Part shown: in pieces, positions 37,901 through 48,991 of the stretch | Position numbering within the stretch: the stretch's first letter is position 1 | Layout of the letters: the number at the start of each line of letters is the position of its first letter | Origin: Penicillus capitatus | Taxonomy: Eukaryota > Plantae > Chlorophyta | Length of the DNA: 64,000 bases | Reading direction: 5' to 3' | Assembly: GCA_965649825.1 (NCBI GenBank) | Contig: OZ287696.1 | Location: 1,942,081 to 2,006,080 of the forward strand | Made by a program: the position numbers and the translations under genes | The notes under the pieces: generated by a model | What the model was told of the DNA's origin: nothing | Databases searched by the model: none | Seen by the model: only the letters and a program-made list of their open reading frames with translations

Positions 37901-39393
37901 TCCGTACCGAGAAGAATGTCATATGAATTCTTCGTCGGCAGGACACTGAAAGCTTGATGTATCCAAACACCGCCCACTTCGACGCGAACTTCGTCAGTGC
38001 GTCCTAGCGGCTTCTGGACAGAACCATCCGCAAGCAGTAACGTTCCTTGGCTGGGTGTAGTGTGCTTGATGCGGAATTGACGGGCGAACTCCGCATCCAT
38101 TATGGAGTTCGAGGAGCCAGGGTCTACAATCACCTTGGGCACGAACTGCCCTGCGACGAATACCTTGCATCGCTCGAGCCAGTCCCTGCCGCCTCGTTTT
38201 TGCGCGAGGGTGGCTTGGTACGGTTGCGGTCCTTGCGGTTGTTGCGCTGCCGGTTCCATATACACGTCGGTCTGCTGCGGTGGTGCTGAAGCAGAAGGCT
38301 CATCTTCGCCCTTCTTCTTTTTGGGCTTTGGAGTGAAACCGAACGCGTCTCTCAGCGCCAGTATCACTTGGGAGTACACCTCACGTTTGCTGCGTCCTTT
38401 CAGGAAACGCAGTGGAATGGCCCATGCTTGCGCAGCATAGTCCGCCCATTCTCGGTCAAGTTCAGGTTTCTTGCGCGGCTTTCGCGCTTTCTTCCCTGGC
38501 GCACCTCGGCGTCGCTTACTGGGTTGCTGCTCATCTTCATCCGCCATTCTGGCGGTTGCTTCAGCCCCCTCGTTGTCTTCATCCTCGGACACGGACTCAA
38601 CGAAGCGAGACGCGTTGCATTCTGCGCGTCTTGCGCGTCGCTTTTCCTGCCTCTTCGCAAGCAGGCCTGTTAGTCCGGAGATGAGTTGACGGAGTTCTTC
38701 GTCTTCGGAGTCATCCGCCGCCGGTTCCTCAGCCACGATGGTTGTGGTTCTTCGCCCTGTCTTCGCAAGGCGACGAGCTCCGTTCTCCTTGAGGACCGTC
38801 GGATGGTTACGATTTTCATGTTGAGGTTCAGGTTCGTCTTCCTCTTCGTCAGTCTCCTCGTACCCTCGGACTTTCTTGCGCGCCTCCGTCGCGTACTTCG
38901 CATAGCGAACGGCATATTCGTAGGTTGGCGCGTTGTTGCTTGCAGCAAGTCGAGTGAATGCGTATTCTGCCGCGCGGTCATTCCGGAGGCCTCTCAGCCA
39001 GTACTTGTAGTAATCGTCTGGGTCGACAGCAGGCTGAGCTCTAGAACACATCAAGGCGAAGCGCTCAGCGTACGCGATCAAGGATTCCCGTCGCTTCTGG
39101 AAGATGTGTCTGAGCTGGTCTCTGGCGCGGTCAGGGTCCTGGTCGCGAACAAAACGGTCGATCACCAGCTGACTCCAATCGGCCCAGTCGATATTCAGAT
39201 GGGCGTCGGCGTCATGGTGCAGTTCCGCCCAATCCGCGGCTGGTCCGTCAAGCAAGGTGACTGCGATTTCGGCTCGCGTCCCGGGCTGGTTGTCTATTTG
39301 CTGCAGGCGGAAGAGCGAGGTCATCTTGCTGACCCATCTCCTAGGGTCAGTGCGTCCATCGTAACGCGGGAAGGCAATCGACTCAATGCGCAT
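34963..39393 (-). CDS. Single Gag-Pol polyprotein (1476 aa)
   Basis: Gag (FPRYDG…LLDGPAADW…ARDQLRHIFQ), protease VIVDPGSS, RT (YSALDGFSGY, LPFGVTNGP, FIDD), RNase H (DTDASAYGIGAVL, YSATERE, RTDH), integrase (HCVGH…CQTC, ELD, TDNG…E). No stops or frameshifts. Confidence 0.97.
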   Translation of the reverse strand: MRIESIAFPRYDGRTDPRRWVSKMTSLFRLQQIDNQPGTRAEIAVTLLDGPAADWAELHHDADAHLNIDWADWSQLVIDRFVRDQDPDRARDQLRHIFQKRRESLIAYAERFALMCSRAQPAVDPDDYYKYWLRGLRNDRAAEYAFTRLAASNNAPTYEYAVRYAKYATEARKKVRGYEETDEEEDEPEPQHENRNHPTVLKENGARRLAKTGRRTTTIVAEEPAADDSEDEELRQLISGLTGLLAKRQEKRRARRAECNASRFVESVSEDEDNEGAEATARMADEDEQQPSKRRRGAPGKKARKPRKKPELDREWADYAAQAWAIPLRFLKGRSKREVYSQVILALRDAFGFTPKPKKKKGEDEPSASAPPQQTDVYMEPAAQQPQGPQPYQATLAQKRGGRDWLERCKVFVAGQFVPKVIVDPGSSNSIMDAEFARQFRIKHTTPSQGTLLLADGSVQKPLGRTDEVRVEVGGVWIHQAFSVLPTKNSYDILLGTDWLRTVRSRADFEEGTYTFGVKKRITVVPKWRKLFFAKRQPAAVEDDTSDASSESDMAAALEELIEQMQALASDSESEGEDECFLALSDQVLGELHVNPKLKPEVLSDIRSLVSEYVDCFALTFQDMVRTPLMQFEIELRQGEVAKRCGRTRRLAPKETEFVKAQIDELLEAKLIIPWEEAARKYGCPKRKDRWLSPITIAPKKDGTFRFCCAYQRLNDATIPDKFVLPRADDLLDRVMGHAWYSALDGFSGYYSLGLHPESVLKTAFATSFGVYCWLVLPFGVTNGPAAYSRLVEQVYGGLDRVGVFIDDVCCAHQDETGIIEDLRRVFQRCRNGGLRLKPKKCFIGYREVDFLGHRLCPEGMRMDEAKVEKISRMPSPTDRKQLQSLYGMFSYYRRFLKNFAGVSAPMSSLLSTRRDFLWTPDAQKALEELKKLLVDGAVLAAVNEDLPFLVDTDASAYGIGAVLSQEQDGEERPIYFYSRLLKDAETRYSATEREGLALVAGLKKFRVYVLGRKVVARTDHAALSHMLRKTDLTGRIARWKLILSEYDVHYVTRPGERHRNADGLSRLVDEDSEPRPVNKEEECDECPALVAEDVAAAFQACREYAEILPSVHKQDSRFRWGERNLFFEDLDGRRKICLLPNQVRAVVGEEHCVGHFSAEITLQRVRQRYWFPKMRKQVQDLVKTCQTCQLFGSKPPIRSTIPIAIEEPWELVELDTVVGLPATPRKAVGFVTAIDCFTGFVITDALTSLGAAKTLKFFINKVVCAWGVPQRILTDNGTEFQGVFGETVKNLGIEHRWSTPRYPRSHGKVENVQRLVLDRLRKCQNPRSWDENLPAATFAVNARRGKFLSPLELLTGVVPKSRTEVNLLAGESKGDAEPLQTALADRLTDLALCRERFRDSAKKIRESWTAEAAIPRIEPGKEVRVYRLEDHGKLEAAFEKGVVTWWGNQGACRVLVDGRMRRVPQFCVKPWIAPQ

Positions 39394-39429
39394 GGCTTGT
39401 CAGAGATGATAGAAAACGCTCGACAGTTG

Positions 39430-39445
39430 CCCCGGAGGTCCACCA
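39430..39445 (-). promoter_or_regulatory. Primer-binding site
   Basis: TGGTGGACCTCCGGGG begins 2 nt after the 5' LTR and is complementary to a tRNA 3' end …CCCCGGAGGTCCACCA. Confidence 0.8.
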
Positions 39446-39447
39446 GT

Positions 39448-39787
39448 TGTTGGGAATCTAATGTAAGAGTGGTTCAGACGATAGTCGAGTCCTTGCGCGT
39501 TGAGACGACGGAAACGCAATCAGATTTGATGCGATACGAACAGGAGTGTTTACAGGGTGAAATGTCGACCTTATATACCCAGGGTGGTTATGGACTTCCT
39601 AACCTTACGTCCTAACAGCTGCGAACTCCTAGTGCATGCAGCATAACCACACCCCTTACGTTATGGGGAAGTTAGGTCGAGAGCCGACATCCGTCGCGAC
39701 CGATGGTCGGCGCGCCTGGATGGTTATGTGACGGCTCCACCGCTTCCGGTGGTTACACAGATGACAGTTAAGGGTTCATTTCCTACA
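39448..39787 (-). repeat. 5' LTR (340 bp)
   Basis: Identical copy of 34517-34856; TATA-like element at 39569-39577 on the minus strand. Confidence 0.97.
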
Positions 39788-42700
39788 GTAAATCTCGACG
39801 AGCAGCATGGCGTACATGAAAATTCGGTCGTTGGATCGAGGTCATCGATGAGCGACGACGCGGTACGCGGAAGACAAACGACGCTTTCTTAAACCGCCAG
39901 CCAGCTTTTCGTCTCTCTGTGCTTTGTCTCCTAGGGAAGAGACGGAGAATCTTCATCTCTGTCAAAAACGGACAGCTTCTGTTGGCGTCGCTCGTATGGG
40001 AGGCTGGCCTACGTGCGATGTCTTTAAAACAAGACAACGTCAGGTCACTATAACCCAAACGCGACGTATTTCCAGTCCAGTCGGCGCGCATCTGCAAAGC
40101 GACATCGGAGTCGTGGCGTCGAGGAAGACTCCACACGGACGCGGAGACCCTTAGAGAAGCGTGGTTTGACGGCACGCGGCCTGCCATCAGACTGGTGATT
40201 CCCAGCCATGTGTCAAGGCAGTGATTATGGGAGTCGTTTAGCCTGCAACATTACCACATGTGATGGCTGGCTGCTGTCGGTCTCCTTCATTCTATTTGGC
40301 GACATCAGCTTTCAACGCATCTTGTCTAGTATGCAACTCGGGGCTTGTTTTTGCAGAGCATGCGTTTGCTGTGCTCTGCAATGCCTCTTGACAGTTCATT
40401 TGTCTGTCGCCCTTCATTGGGAATCTGCCTAGAAGCTAGCTAACTGTTTTACTGAACAGACGCATGATGCATCTTGTAATCTCATTCTGTGTCCTAGACC
40501 CAGAATCGTGCCTGTTCTTGTTCTTACCTGGTCAAGATGTCACATCACACATCCATGTGACTGTGATAGAAACACCTAGCCACTCGCACACACTTGCGTA
40601 CTTTGTTTGGATGATCAATCCTGTGGGGGGGCATGACAGCTGGAGAAGAAAAGCAGATCGAAGTGGATGTGGAAGGTGTACAGATGTCGGAGACCGCATG
40701 CAATGAACGGATGGATGGATGACTTGCTGACAAGCAGTGAAAGACAATGAGGCTTATCTCGATAACTGAGGTCACTGGATTCTACTCAACTCACCTGTTC
40801 CTCATCGGCGGTCATGATTCGCATTGAGGAGTAGAGGAATGCTGTCGGGAACCTCCTCTCTCATTGGATTGTCGTCAAAGAAATCAGTCTCTAGAGTCGC
40901 GGAGATGGATGGGATCTTCCTGGCAGACGTGGAACGAGGGATGTTCGCACAAATGCTGCGCCATTAAAGAAAAGGGTTCTGCATTTTGGAAGAGAGCCAG
41001 TCAATCAGGTAATGCTGTGCTGAAACACTCTAATTCGGTGATGTGACAGGTGTGTCTTGTGAAGGTTTATGTGTCATTGGAGATCAAGGCATCGCTGTCC
41101 GAGTGGTCAAGACACGACGTGCATCTCATGTGTGACTTCAATGACATCGAGATCTTAAAGCTCCTTGGAGCCAGCAGAATATATGACAACAGCAGCTGGG
41201 TCAGGCGCGCCGAAATTTCGGATGAAGGGAATCCCGGCCACGGATCCTACCGGAATCCATAGCTGGTGACAATCCGCGGCAAACTGAACAGTCTACCTCA
41301 AGATATTAGCATGACCCTCCGTCCGCGACATGACCCACGAACGAACAGGGCATGAAGCCCTGGGTCTGCCCGATACCAGCTGTACCGACGGTCCTACTAA
41401 ACAGGAAAAACGCGAAGGATCGATCGCAGAATCCGATTTCATTACCTCAGTTACGCCACTCTCCTGCTCTAAGTGAGGACACCTGTCCGGCAGTACGCTA
41501 ACATGTCGTGATGGAGATCATTTGTTCCAGTTGAGATGAAAGATGAAGGTTTTCTCTGCAGTAAGAGTCAAGTCTTTTTGACTCTTCTCCGAGCAAGGAT
41601 GTCGTTTCAGCACCAGTTTCCACCCCAATTTATTCTAGGCTGTCTGTCATGGACGTGGTGCTCGACCACTTGAATCGTGACAGGAAGTGCGTGTTGACAG
41701 GCTTTTTGGCCTGATCTGTGTCAATATAGCCTAGATCTGGACTCTGGTGCTTTCTTCTGATTTTTTTCCTTTAACCTAACTTGGCCTAAAAAAATCTCCA
41801 ACGCCCACCATACCTCTCGTTCCCCTTTTCGGAAATAGACAGTGATGTGACGGTGTCCGGTGCGCGCGGCACCCACCCTACGGTTAGAGACCATTCGCCT
41901 CCCACCACCTGCGGAGGCGGTCTCTCCACCGAGTGGAAAAATCGTTCGTCGCCTTGCATGACGACAACGGGAAGGGGCATGGACTCGCTCCACTTACGCC
42001 GCGCAGAAAACACGCCGAGCGCTCGGACGCGAGGATGGATGGAGTCCCTAGTGCCATTCCTCGCAGGTAAACAGCGTACAAAGATGCCCCCGCGTCACCG
42101 CAGCACAAACTCCGTTTGCGCTCCTTAGCGGGTGGCATGAGATCTTTTAGACGAAAAACCAACGCCTCGAGGCCGATCTATTTCGTCGGTCGGCGAACGC
42201 GCCGCCCTTCACGGACATTCAAGATCGCGTTGAGAGACCGAGACACTTGCGAAAGGCCGCGGATTCTTACGCGGATACCAGCAAGAGGTCGACGAGAGCC
42301 TTCCTATCTACTCGCATGCGCGCTGCCCCACTGAGGTTCGAAGCGTTAACAGTGTTACACAAACAAGTAACAAACAACACTGTCTGGCTTTGCAAGGGCA
42401 TCGATTGTGGATCACTGGAAGAGCATAGACACGAAGGAGTCCGTCGACGACTGTCCACGAGGTGAGTGAATGAGATGTCTTTCATCTCCCTATGACTTCT
42501 TTGTGGCAGATCTATGAGAGCTGATTCTGTTTTGGTTGCCGGAGATGATCTGGGCGAACAGAGCTAGTGAGTATTGTGTGTCATCTATCGGCTTTGTGTG
42601 ATCATGTCCTTTAAGCAGAAGTGTCTGTTTTCGTTTTGGAAGCATTTGGATCATTCATTAAGTTATCTATACATTATCTGTTCGTAACTTCTGATCACTT

Positions 42701-43639
42701 CTGATCCATCGAGGACGGCGATGGTCTCCTTTAAAGTGTGACAGTCAGTGTTATGTACCTACCATAGACAGTTTACAGCCACCTACCTGTCATGTGAGGA
42801 TCTGTGTGGAGTATTGAAGAATCGTGGTTCCAATGTTTTCAGATGTCTCTCGTGGTGAAAGGCTGAACGGCGTCTGTATCGATGGAGAACATGGATAAAC
42901 TCGCATAGTTTCCAAGATTTTACAGCGGTCTGGCATTTACAACGACGCGTGGATCACATCTCGTGCATCTGTTGTCGTTTGAAGGACAGGATGACCCTGG
43001 GTGTTTCTAAAGAGCGTTGAAGGAGGATGTTGACACATTGGACATTATTCATGACCTCTGCATTTCTGCAAATGTGCATGAGAGGCATCGTGGCCAAATG
43101 CTTACTGTCTGATGCGTGGCGCTGTGAAAAAAGGTGCAAAACCAGAAAAAATGGGCACTGTATGCAAGATCGCACAACCGCCTGTCAGGTTCTGATTAAG
43201 ATGAGCTCCATCTCTCACTCTTCTAAATCCGTTCTCTGTGCGTGATGCTCTGATCACCTCGCGTATCCTATCTCGTATGAGTGTAGGGGCTATCGTGGGA
43301 AACGAAGCTGCACTTGACGCTCGTGCCCATTCTGGAGACTCGCTCGGAGGAGTGGACCCCCGATGTCCGCGCCATTGATGATCTGTCTGCTTCAGTCGGC
43401 CGATGAGTGACTCAAACATCTCCACCCTTACAGTACTAGATTGCCTGTCAGACAGAATATCTCATCTGTGTTTCGACACGCGTTGCGCACTTGGTCTTCA
43501 GCGATCGACGTGATTCAGAATCGCCTCCCCACATCATTACGCTGTCATTGCATCATCAAAATCTCGCTGTCTTCGTTCACCGTCTGCAAAGATTCGGCGA
43601 CAAACGTTCGTTCGTCTGGTAACCTTGGCCAGCAAAGCA

Positions 43640-45057
43640 ATGCCGGTCGTGCCGACCGTTCTGCCAACGCAGGAGGCCGTAACCATACCGAGTTGGTAAC
43701 TGCTCTTTCATTCCGAAGCTCTGTTTTGGCACTGAGGTCCTCTTCTTTGGCCAGGTGGAGTCGACTACGTTGGTCGAGGACGTCGACTTCGGAAGCGGCC
43801 GAATCCGAACGTCAACTGCTGCAATTCTGCAAGTTCTCTCCGTCCCTCTCCTCCATTACTGATCACTTGATGCATGCGCGTCTGCAGATCGCCTCTGCAA
43901 ATCTCGAACACCGTCATCGGAGAGAGCAGCAAGGGCCAAGTGATTCACAGCATCTCAGGAGGCAACCCGGATGCCCAACCCATCGTCTGTCTACAAGGAT
44001 ACGGTGCCGGCGCTGCCATCTACTACAGGTCTTCTGCCCTTCGGATGACAGATCAGAAAAGGAAGGGGCTGCTGTTGAGCAGGAATATCGATTTTTTGTG
44101 TCGACACTTCCGAATGCACTGCGTGGATTGGCTGGGAACTGGACTATCGGGTGATTCGCGCACTCCTCCTTCTGGGCGTGGCATGACGTTGCGATTCAGG
44201 GCGACCGCATTTCGATGCCAAGACCACACGCGAGACGGAGGATTTCTTCATCGATGGACTGAAGGCGTGGTACGATCGCCAAGGAATGGAGAAAATGATT
44301 CTCGTGGGGCACAGTCTGGGCGGATATCTCGCTGCACTGTACACACAACGTCATCCGGAAGACGTCCAACACCTCATTCTCGTCAGTCCAGCAGCCATGG
44401 TAACCTTCCACCTTTTCACTCCATCTCAGAGAGAAACGGGTTCCAGTCGGGAAAGCCGGAGGACTATCAAATGCCAGCGGCTCTGCAGTCGAAGTGGACA
44501 TGGCAATCACAAGTCTATCGAGGGTTCAAGTTTCTGTTCTCCTCTGGCGTCACGCCACAGATGCTCATCCGTTCGATGGGTCCGTGGGGACAGAGTCTGG
44601 TGGGAGGCTATGTTCGCAACCGCTTTCGAGAGGGTGTCGGAGTCGGATCGGCAGAATCGGTGTCTCTCCAGTCCTACTTCTATCACATCTCGGCGGCGAG
44701 ACCCAGTGGCGAACACGCTCTGCGTCACATCTTCCATCCGATTGCCTGGGGAAAGGACCCTCTCGATAAAAGGCTGTCGGATTTGAAGGTGCCTGTCAGC
44801 TTCATCTATGGAGAATCGGATTGGATGGACCCACGGTCGGCCGTCAAAGTCTGTAAAGCTATCGAAGCGGCACAGGGGCCACCGCAGCACAAGACAGACA
44901 GAAGCATTTCCGTGATTCCTGGCGCAGGACATTTCGTTTTCCTTGATCAGCCAGTACGCCACGCACTTACTAAGTGGAGAACAACGGTCCATGTTGGACG
45001 TGGATGTAGGAACTGTTCAACGATGAGCTAGGGAAGCTATGTGAAGGATCCCTGTGA
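43640..45057 (+). CDS. ABHD4/ABHD5 (CGI-58)-like alpha/beta hydrolase / LPA acyltransferase
   Basis: SRLRW…SERQLL, VDWLGTGLS|GRP, MILVGHSLGGY (GxSxG), LILVSPA, VSFIYGESDWMD, GAGHFVFLDQP (HX4D); ~5 introns. Start approximate. Confidence 0.9.
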
Positions 45058-45511
45058 AAACATCGTGCTCCGTCGTTGTATCTGTATAGACCATCCATTG
45101 TTTGCTGCTAATGTCTATGATCCATGGACAATGCGTCTCGAACGCTCAGACATCCCTCCGTCAGCGTCTCCCTTCATCGGGCATCGCCATTTCCTTCAGA
45201 TCGTCAAAGAGTGCCGGAAGGACACGTTTCCAATTGCTCCTCTTATATCTCACAATCTGCCATCTCATACTTCGTCTCTCCCGCTCTGTATGCGTCCCCT
45301 TCTCGGTGCTCCTTCCTTCGCAGCTCCCTTCCGATGGCGTGCTCACTTCACGAGAGAGCGTCTATGTGTGACAAGGGGTTGTTCTCGGGAGGCATTCGCA
45401 CTTTCGGCCTGTCGTTCAAAGCAGGGAACAGCCGCATCCTGTTTAACGTCAAGGACGACGACGTTCAGGTTTGTTCGTTTGCCCTTCCTACGACAAACAT
45501 CCGTCTTGTCG

Positions 45512-46180
45512 ATGACGGCCGCGTCCTTTACCTTCATCGCGTCGCGAACGCCGCTGCGATGCCTGCAACACATCGCCCGCTTTCGACCTGGCCGATGCTT
45601 CACCGTCCGAACACGACGCGATCAGGCGCTATGGGTGAGACAAGGCATTCGAGGGATCCAGAATTTCGACGGCCACTTTGAGCTCACCGACGAGGCACGA
45701 ACATTCCTGCAACGCTTCGAGAAGCACCATCCCACCGTCCCCCTCTGCTCAGGCGCAGACGTCCCTCTACGAAATGCTCAAATCCGAGACCTTCGCCAAA
45801 CTGGTGTCGTCATTCAGCAACGCCACACGAAGAGAGTACCTTTCATACAGGTCGCCAAGGAATGTCAACTGCCAGACGACGTCACATGCGAATTCGCAGA
45901 GCTTCTCTTTCAGCCCGTTCCTTGGAGCCCCAACACCACAAAGGGCATGCCACAGGTCCAACCTCTGACCCGTCTCGCGCATGGTAGACCCCTACATGCA
46001 CGCGTCAGGAGTTCGAGAGCTACTTGGACGATCCGGACTACATGATCATCAATGTCCCACCCACCGTCATGTTTAAGGCCAAGGTATCCCAAATCAATCC
46101 ATACGACCGACTTACCGTGATGCCTTCAGATATTCCAACCGTCGCGTCTCTGCGCCATCTACAAGAAAATGACGGTCTGA
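45512..46180 (+). CDS. Hypothetical organelle-targeted protein
   Basis: ATG with Arg/Ser/Ala-rich transit-like leader; continuous frame to …TKGMPQ|EFESYLDDPDYMIINVPPTVMFKAK|IFQPSRLCAIYKKMTV* through two typical GT-AG introns. Confidence 0.55.
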
Positions 46181-46307
46181 TCAGGCGCCACGGTGTACGG
46201 TCGTGTCAATGTTGTCCAATGCGCGAAGATGGACACAAACGATTCTATTTCGCCGACCTATTTGTTGCGTTTTTCACGTTTTGCAGGCATCGCGCATAGT
46301 GACTCCA

Positions 46308-47487
46308 ATGTCTGACAATCAAGTCTCCAACGCTGGCGTCTCAACCATGACACCGGCACCATTCGAAATTGACGTCCCCGCCACTCATGACAATACTGCT
46401 CGCAACAGCCGTGTCGTTCTTGCTGTACGCCTGTCAGCCTTAGCAAACATCATCCTCTTTGCGGCAAAGCTCTTTGCTTTCATCGTCTCCGGCTCCCAGT
46501 CTGTTCTGGCCTCATTAGCCGATTCCAGCGTCGACTTGACCTCCCAGCTCGTCGTTTTTGTCTGCGATAGCAGAACGCGAAAAGTCGACCCGAAGTATCC
46601 AATCGGCAAGGCACGGCTTGAAACTGTCGGGGCGCTCATTATTGCGTGCATCATGACCTTCGCGGCGGTGCTCGTCATTCAGAGCGCAGCCGAAGATCTC
46701 GCATCTGGCATCGGTTCCGGTACGTCTCGCTGTCGCCGGTCTCTTGCCAACGGCATGCGTGTGTGGATCCCTGTAGATGACCCGCCGGTACCGAAGATGG
46801 ACGCCGCAGTGTATGGCATTTTGGCTTTGGCGATATCCCTGAAAGCCTGTCTCTTTGTTTTTTGTTTTTTACTTCGGTCCCTTTCGGATTCGACGCTCGT
46901 TTTGGCACAGGATCACAAGAATGATGTCCTGAGCAACGTCGTTGTCGTCGTTGCTGCATCCGTTTCAACCTCCTTTGATCACAAGTGCTTGCTCGGCTGC
47001 TGTTAAACGGGACATTGTTCTTATGGTGATCGCCCTTAGGTACTGGTACGTCGATCCGATTGGCGGCATTTGTATATCTCTCTTCATTATTGTTTGTTGG
47101 GTGATCTTGGCCAACAAGCAGATTGCGAAGATTGTGGGATTGAGCGCTCCGAAAGATTTCCGGGATAAGATTCTCGATCTTGCCAGCCAGCATGACGGCA
47201 TCCGTGAAGTCGATGCGATCCGGGCATACCATCTGGGATTGAAATACTTTGTGGAAATCGATGTCGTCATGCCGGGTTCGATCCCGCTGTTCAACTCCCA
47301 CGACGCTGCGCTTGAGCTTCAGAAAAAGGTATGAGATGAGAGGATATGCCCAGGGGTGGAGGATCTGTCCTAATAGAGTGAAGTTGTGTAGGTCGAGAAT
47401 ATGGATGAAGTGGAAAGGGCATTTGTCCATGTAGACTACGAAAGGAGAGTGTCTCCAGAACACAAGTTGGACTGGTCGATGTCGTAG
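46308..47487 (+). CDS. Cation diffusion facilitator, Mn-CDF clade (MTP8/MTP11-like)
   Basis: SVLASLADSSVD (DxxxD), YPIGKARLETVG, AQDHKNDV, WYVDPIGG, IRAYHLG..YFVEID, ERAFVHVDYE; 3 introns. Confidence 0.92.
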
Positions 47488-48322
47488 GCTGTCATTTTTT
47501 TATTCTGGACAATTTTGGTGGTGACTTTCTTGGTTGCGTTTCCCATGCAGACCATTTTATGAAGGGATTGGATGTAGCTTGGTTTGTACGACAGACGTCC
47601 GTCACATCAAGTGTGCATGTATGCCGTCTCTTCTGAACCCACTGATGACACAGATGCCGTGCTCAACAACGTATTCGCTGAAATCTCTCTCTGCCACTAG
47701 GTGTATCTTTCTTGGTTTGAATTTCTTATAAAATAAAGGTGACGAGACAGAAGTTAGGTATTACGTCTGGAATAGGCATCGAATATTCATGACCTCGATA
47801 TCTGCTGAAAGATCATTATCGTATGACATGTAGCGGATGCCATCGTTTCTCAGCTGAGAGCTACACGTGGAAACCGGCTGGATCAGTTGAGAAAGCATCC
47901 GTATTGATTGGCTTCTGTATCTGGATCGCAGTTGTGGATATAGCTCAGCACTTCTTGACAACATCTGTTCGTCACTTCACAACCTGCCTGCCGGCTGTGT
48001 CCTTTGTGATAGGGTGGAGCTGTGTCATGAGGCAGGTTGGCTGCACACGGAGCAGAGGGTCGACAATATCTGGTCTGTATTCCGATTCATGGAGGCAAGC
48101 ACGAAGCTCCGATAGAAGACATCCTGTAGATGCATTCTGATGCGTAAAGGCAATGCAAGAATCCAACGACTGTTCTGGGAGACACCAAGATTGACTGAAC
48201 AAGTGACTTGCTTCTCTGTTAACCCCAGAGGCATCGCATCGTCTCGTCGATGTGCACGACGCTCGCGAATATCGTCAAGCGATTCCGTCGATTTTAATTG
48301 TATTGACATGGCCCCCGATCGT

Positions 48323-48991
48323 TTAAGATTCCTCAGTTTTCTTGATATTTGCCACATCCATGACCTCCCCCGAATAACCCAAAAGTTTGATCCACTTGAT
48401 CCGAGTCGTTTCTTCGCCGTCTTGATTGGATTCAACAAACAGACTCAAGCAATGCACATTCTGAAACTTCACGAATCTATCACCAAAGGGATGTCCATAT
48501 ACAACGGACTCATGCCAGTTATTGCTGAACCTGAGTGGAACAGGCTTTCCCTCCTTAATCGTCTCTTCTGTCAGATTAAAGGACTGTGTCCCGTTTGTCT
48601 CCGCCGCCTCCGAGAATCCAATCGTCGGGCTATTTACGTAGAGCTTGATTCCGAGAGGCCCCGATCCTTCAGACGGTGCCTGGATGATGATCGAGTGAAT
48701 CTTCACCGCTATGGAACAGAACACGTCCCGTTTTGCATCGAAGGCCAAGATAAACGTTGTCTGAAAGGGAAATGGATAAGGAGTTGCTCATCGGTGTCCG
48801 ATTCCAAGTAAGTTGCATCATCTTGCGGCACCTCCTGAGAGAGAAGGACGATTTAGGGAGACACGGTACGGGGCGTTTAGAGAGACATCTTTGAAGACGG
48901 CAGCGATCGTGTGTTCCGTTGATTGGTTCAGACATTCGACACGCGAATGATCGACATAGGCGTACAGACTCGGTGGCGTAGAAACGCTCAT
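48323..48991 (-). CDS. PITHD1: PITH-domain protein
   Basis: VECLNQ, YLESDTDEQLLIHFPF, VKIHSIII, KLYVNSPTIGFSEA, LR|FVKFQNVHCLSLFVESNQDGEETTRI; 3 introns. Confidence 0.85.

Larger units (their letters stand above)
34517..39787 (-). mobile_element. Full-length Ty3/gypsy (Metaviridae) LTR retrotransposon
   Basis: Two 340-bp LTRs (TG…CA), 5-bp TSD GTAAA at 34512-34516 and 39788-39792, PBS, PPT, and PR-RT-RH-IN domain order. Confidence 0.97.

Noticed and set aside
38686-39615. 309-aa antisense ORF over gag running into the LTR
   Set aside because: Exactly in register with the sense codons, the usual shadow ORF of GC-rich coding sequence.
45694-45751. GC-AG intron in the 45512-46180 gene
   Set aside because: The unspliced frame is open and protein-like, so no intron is needed.
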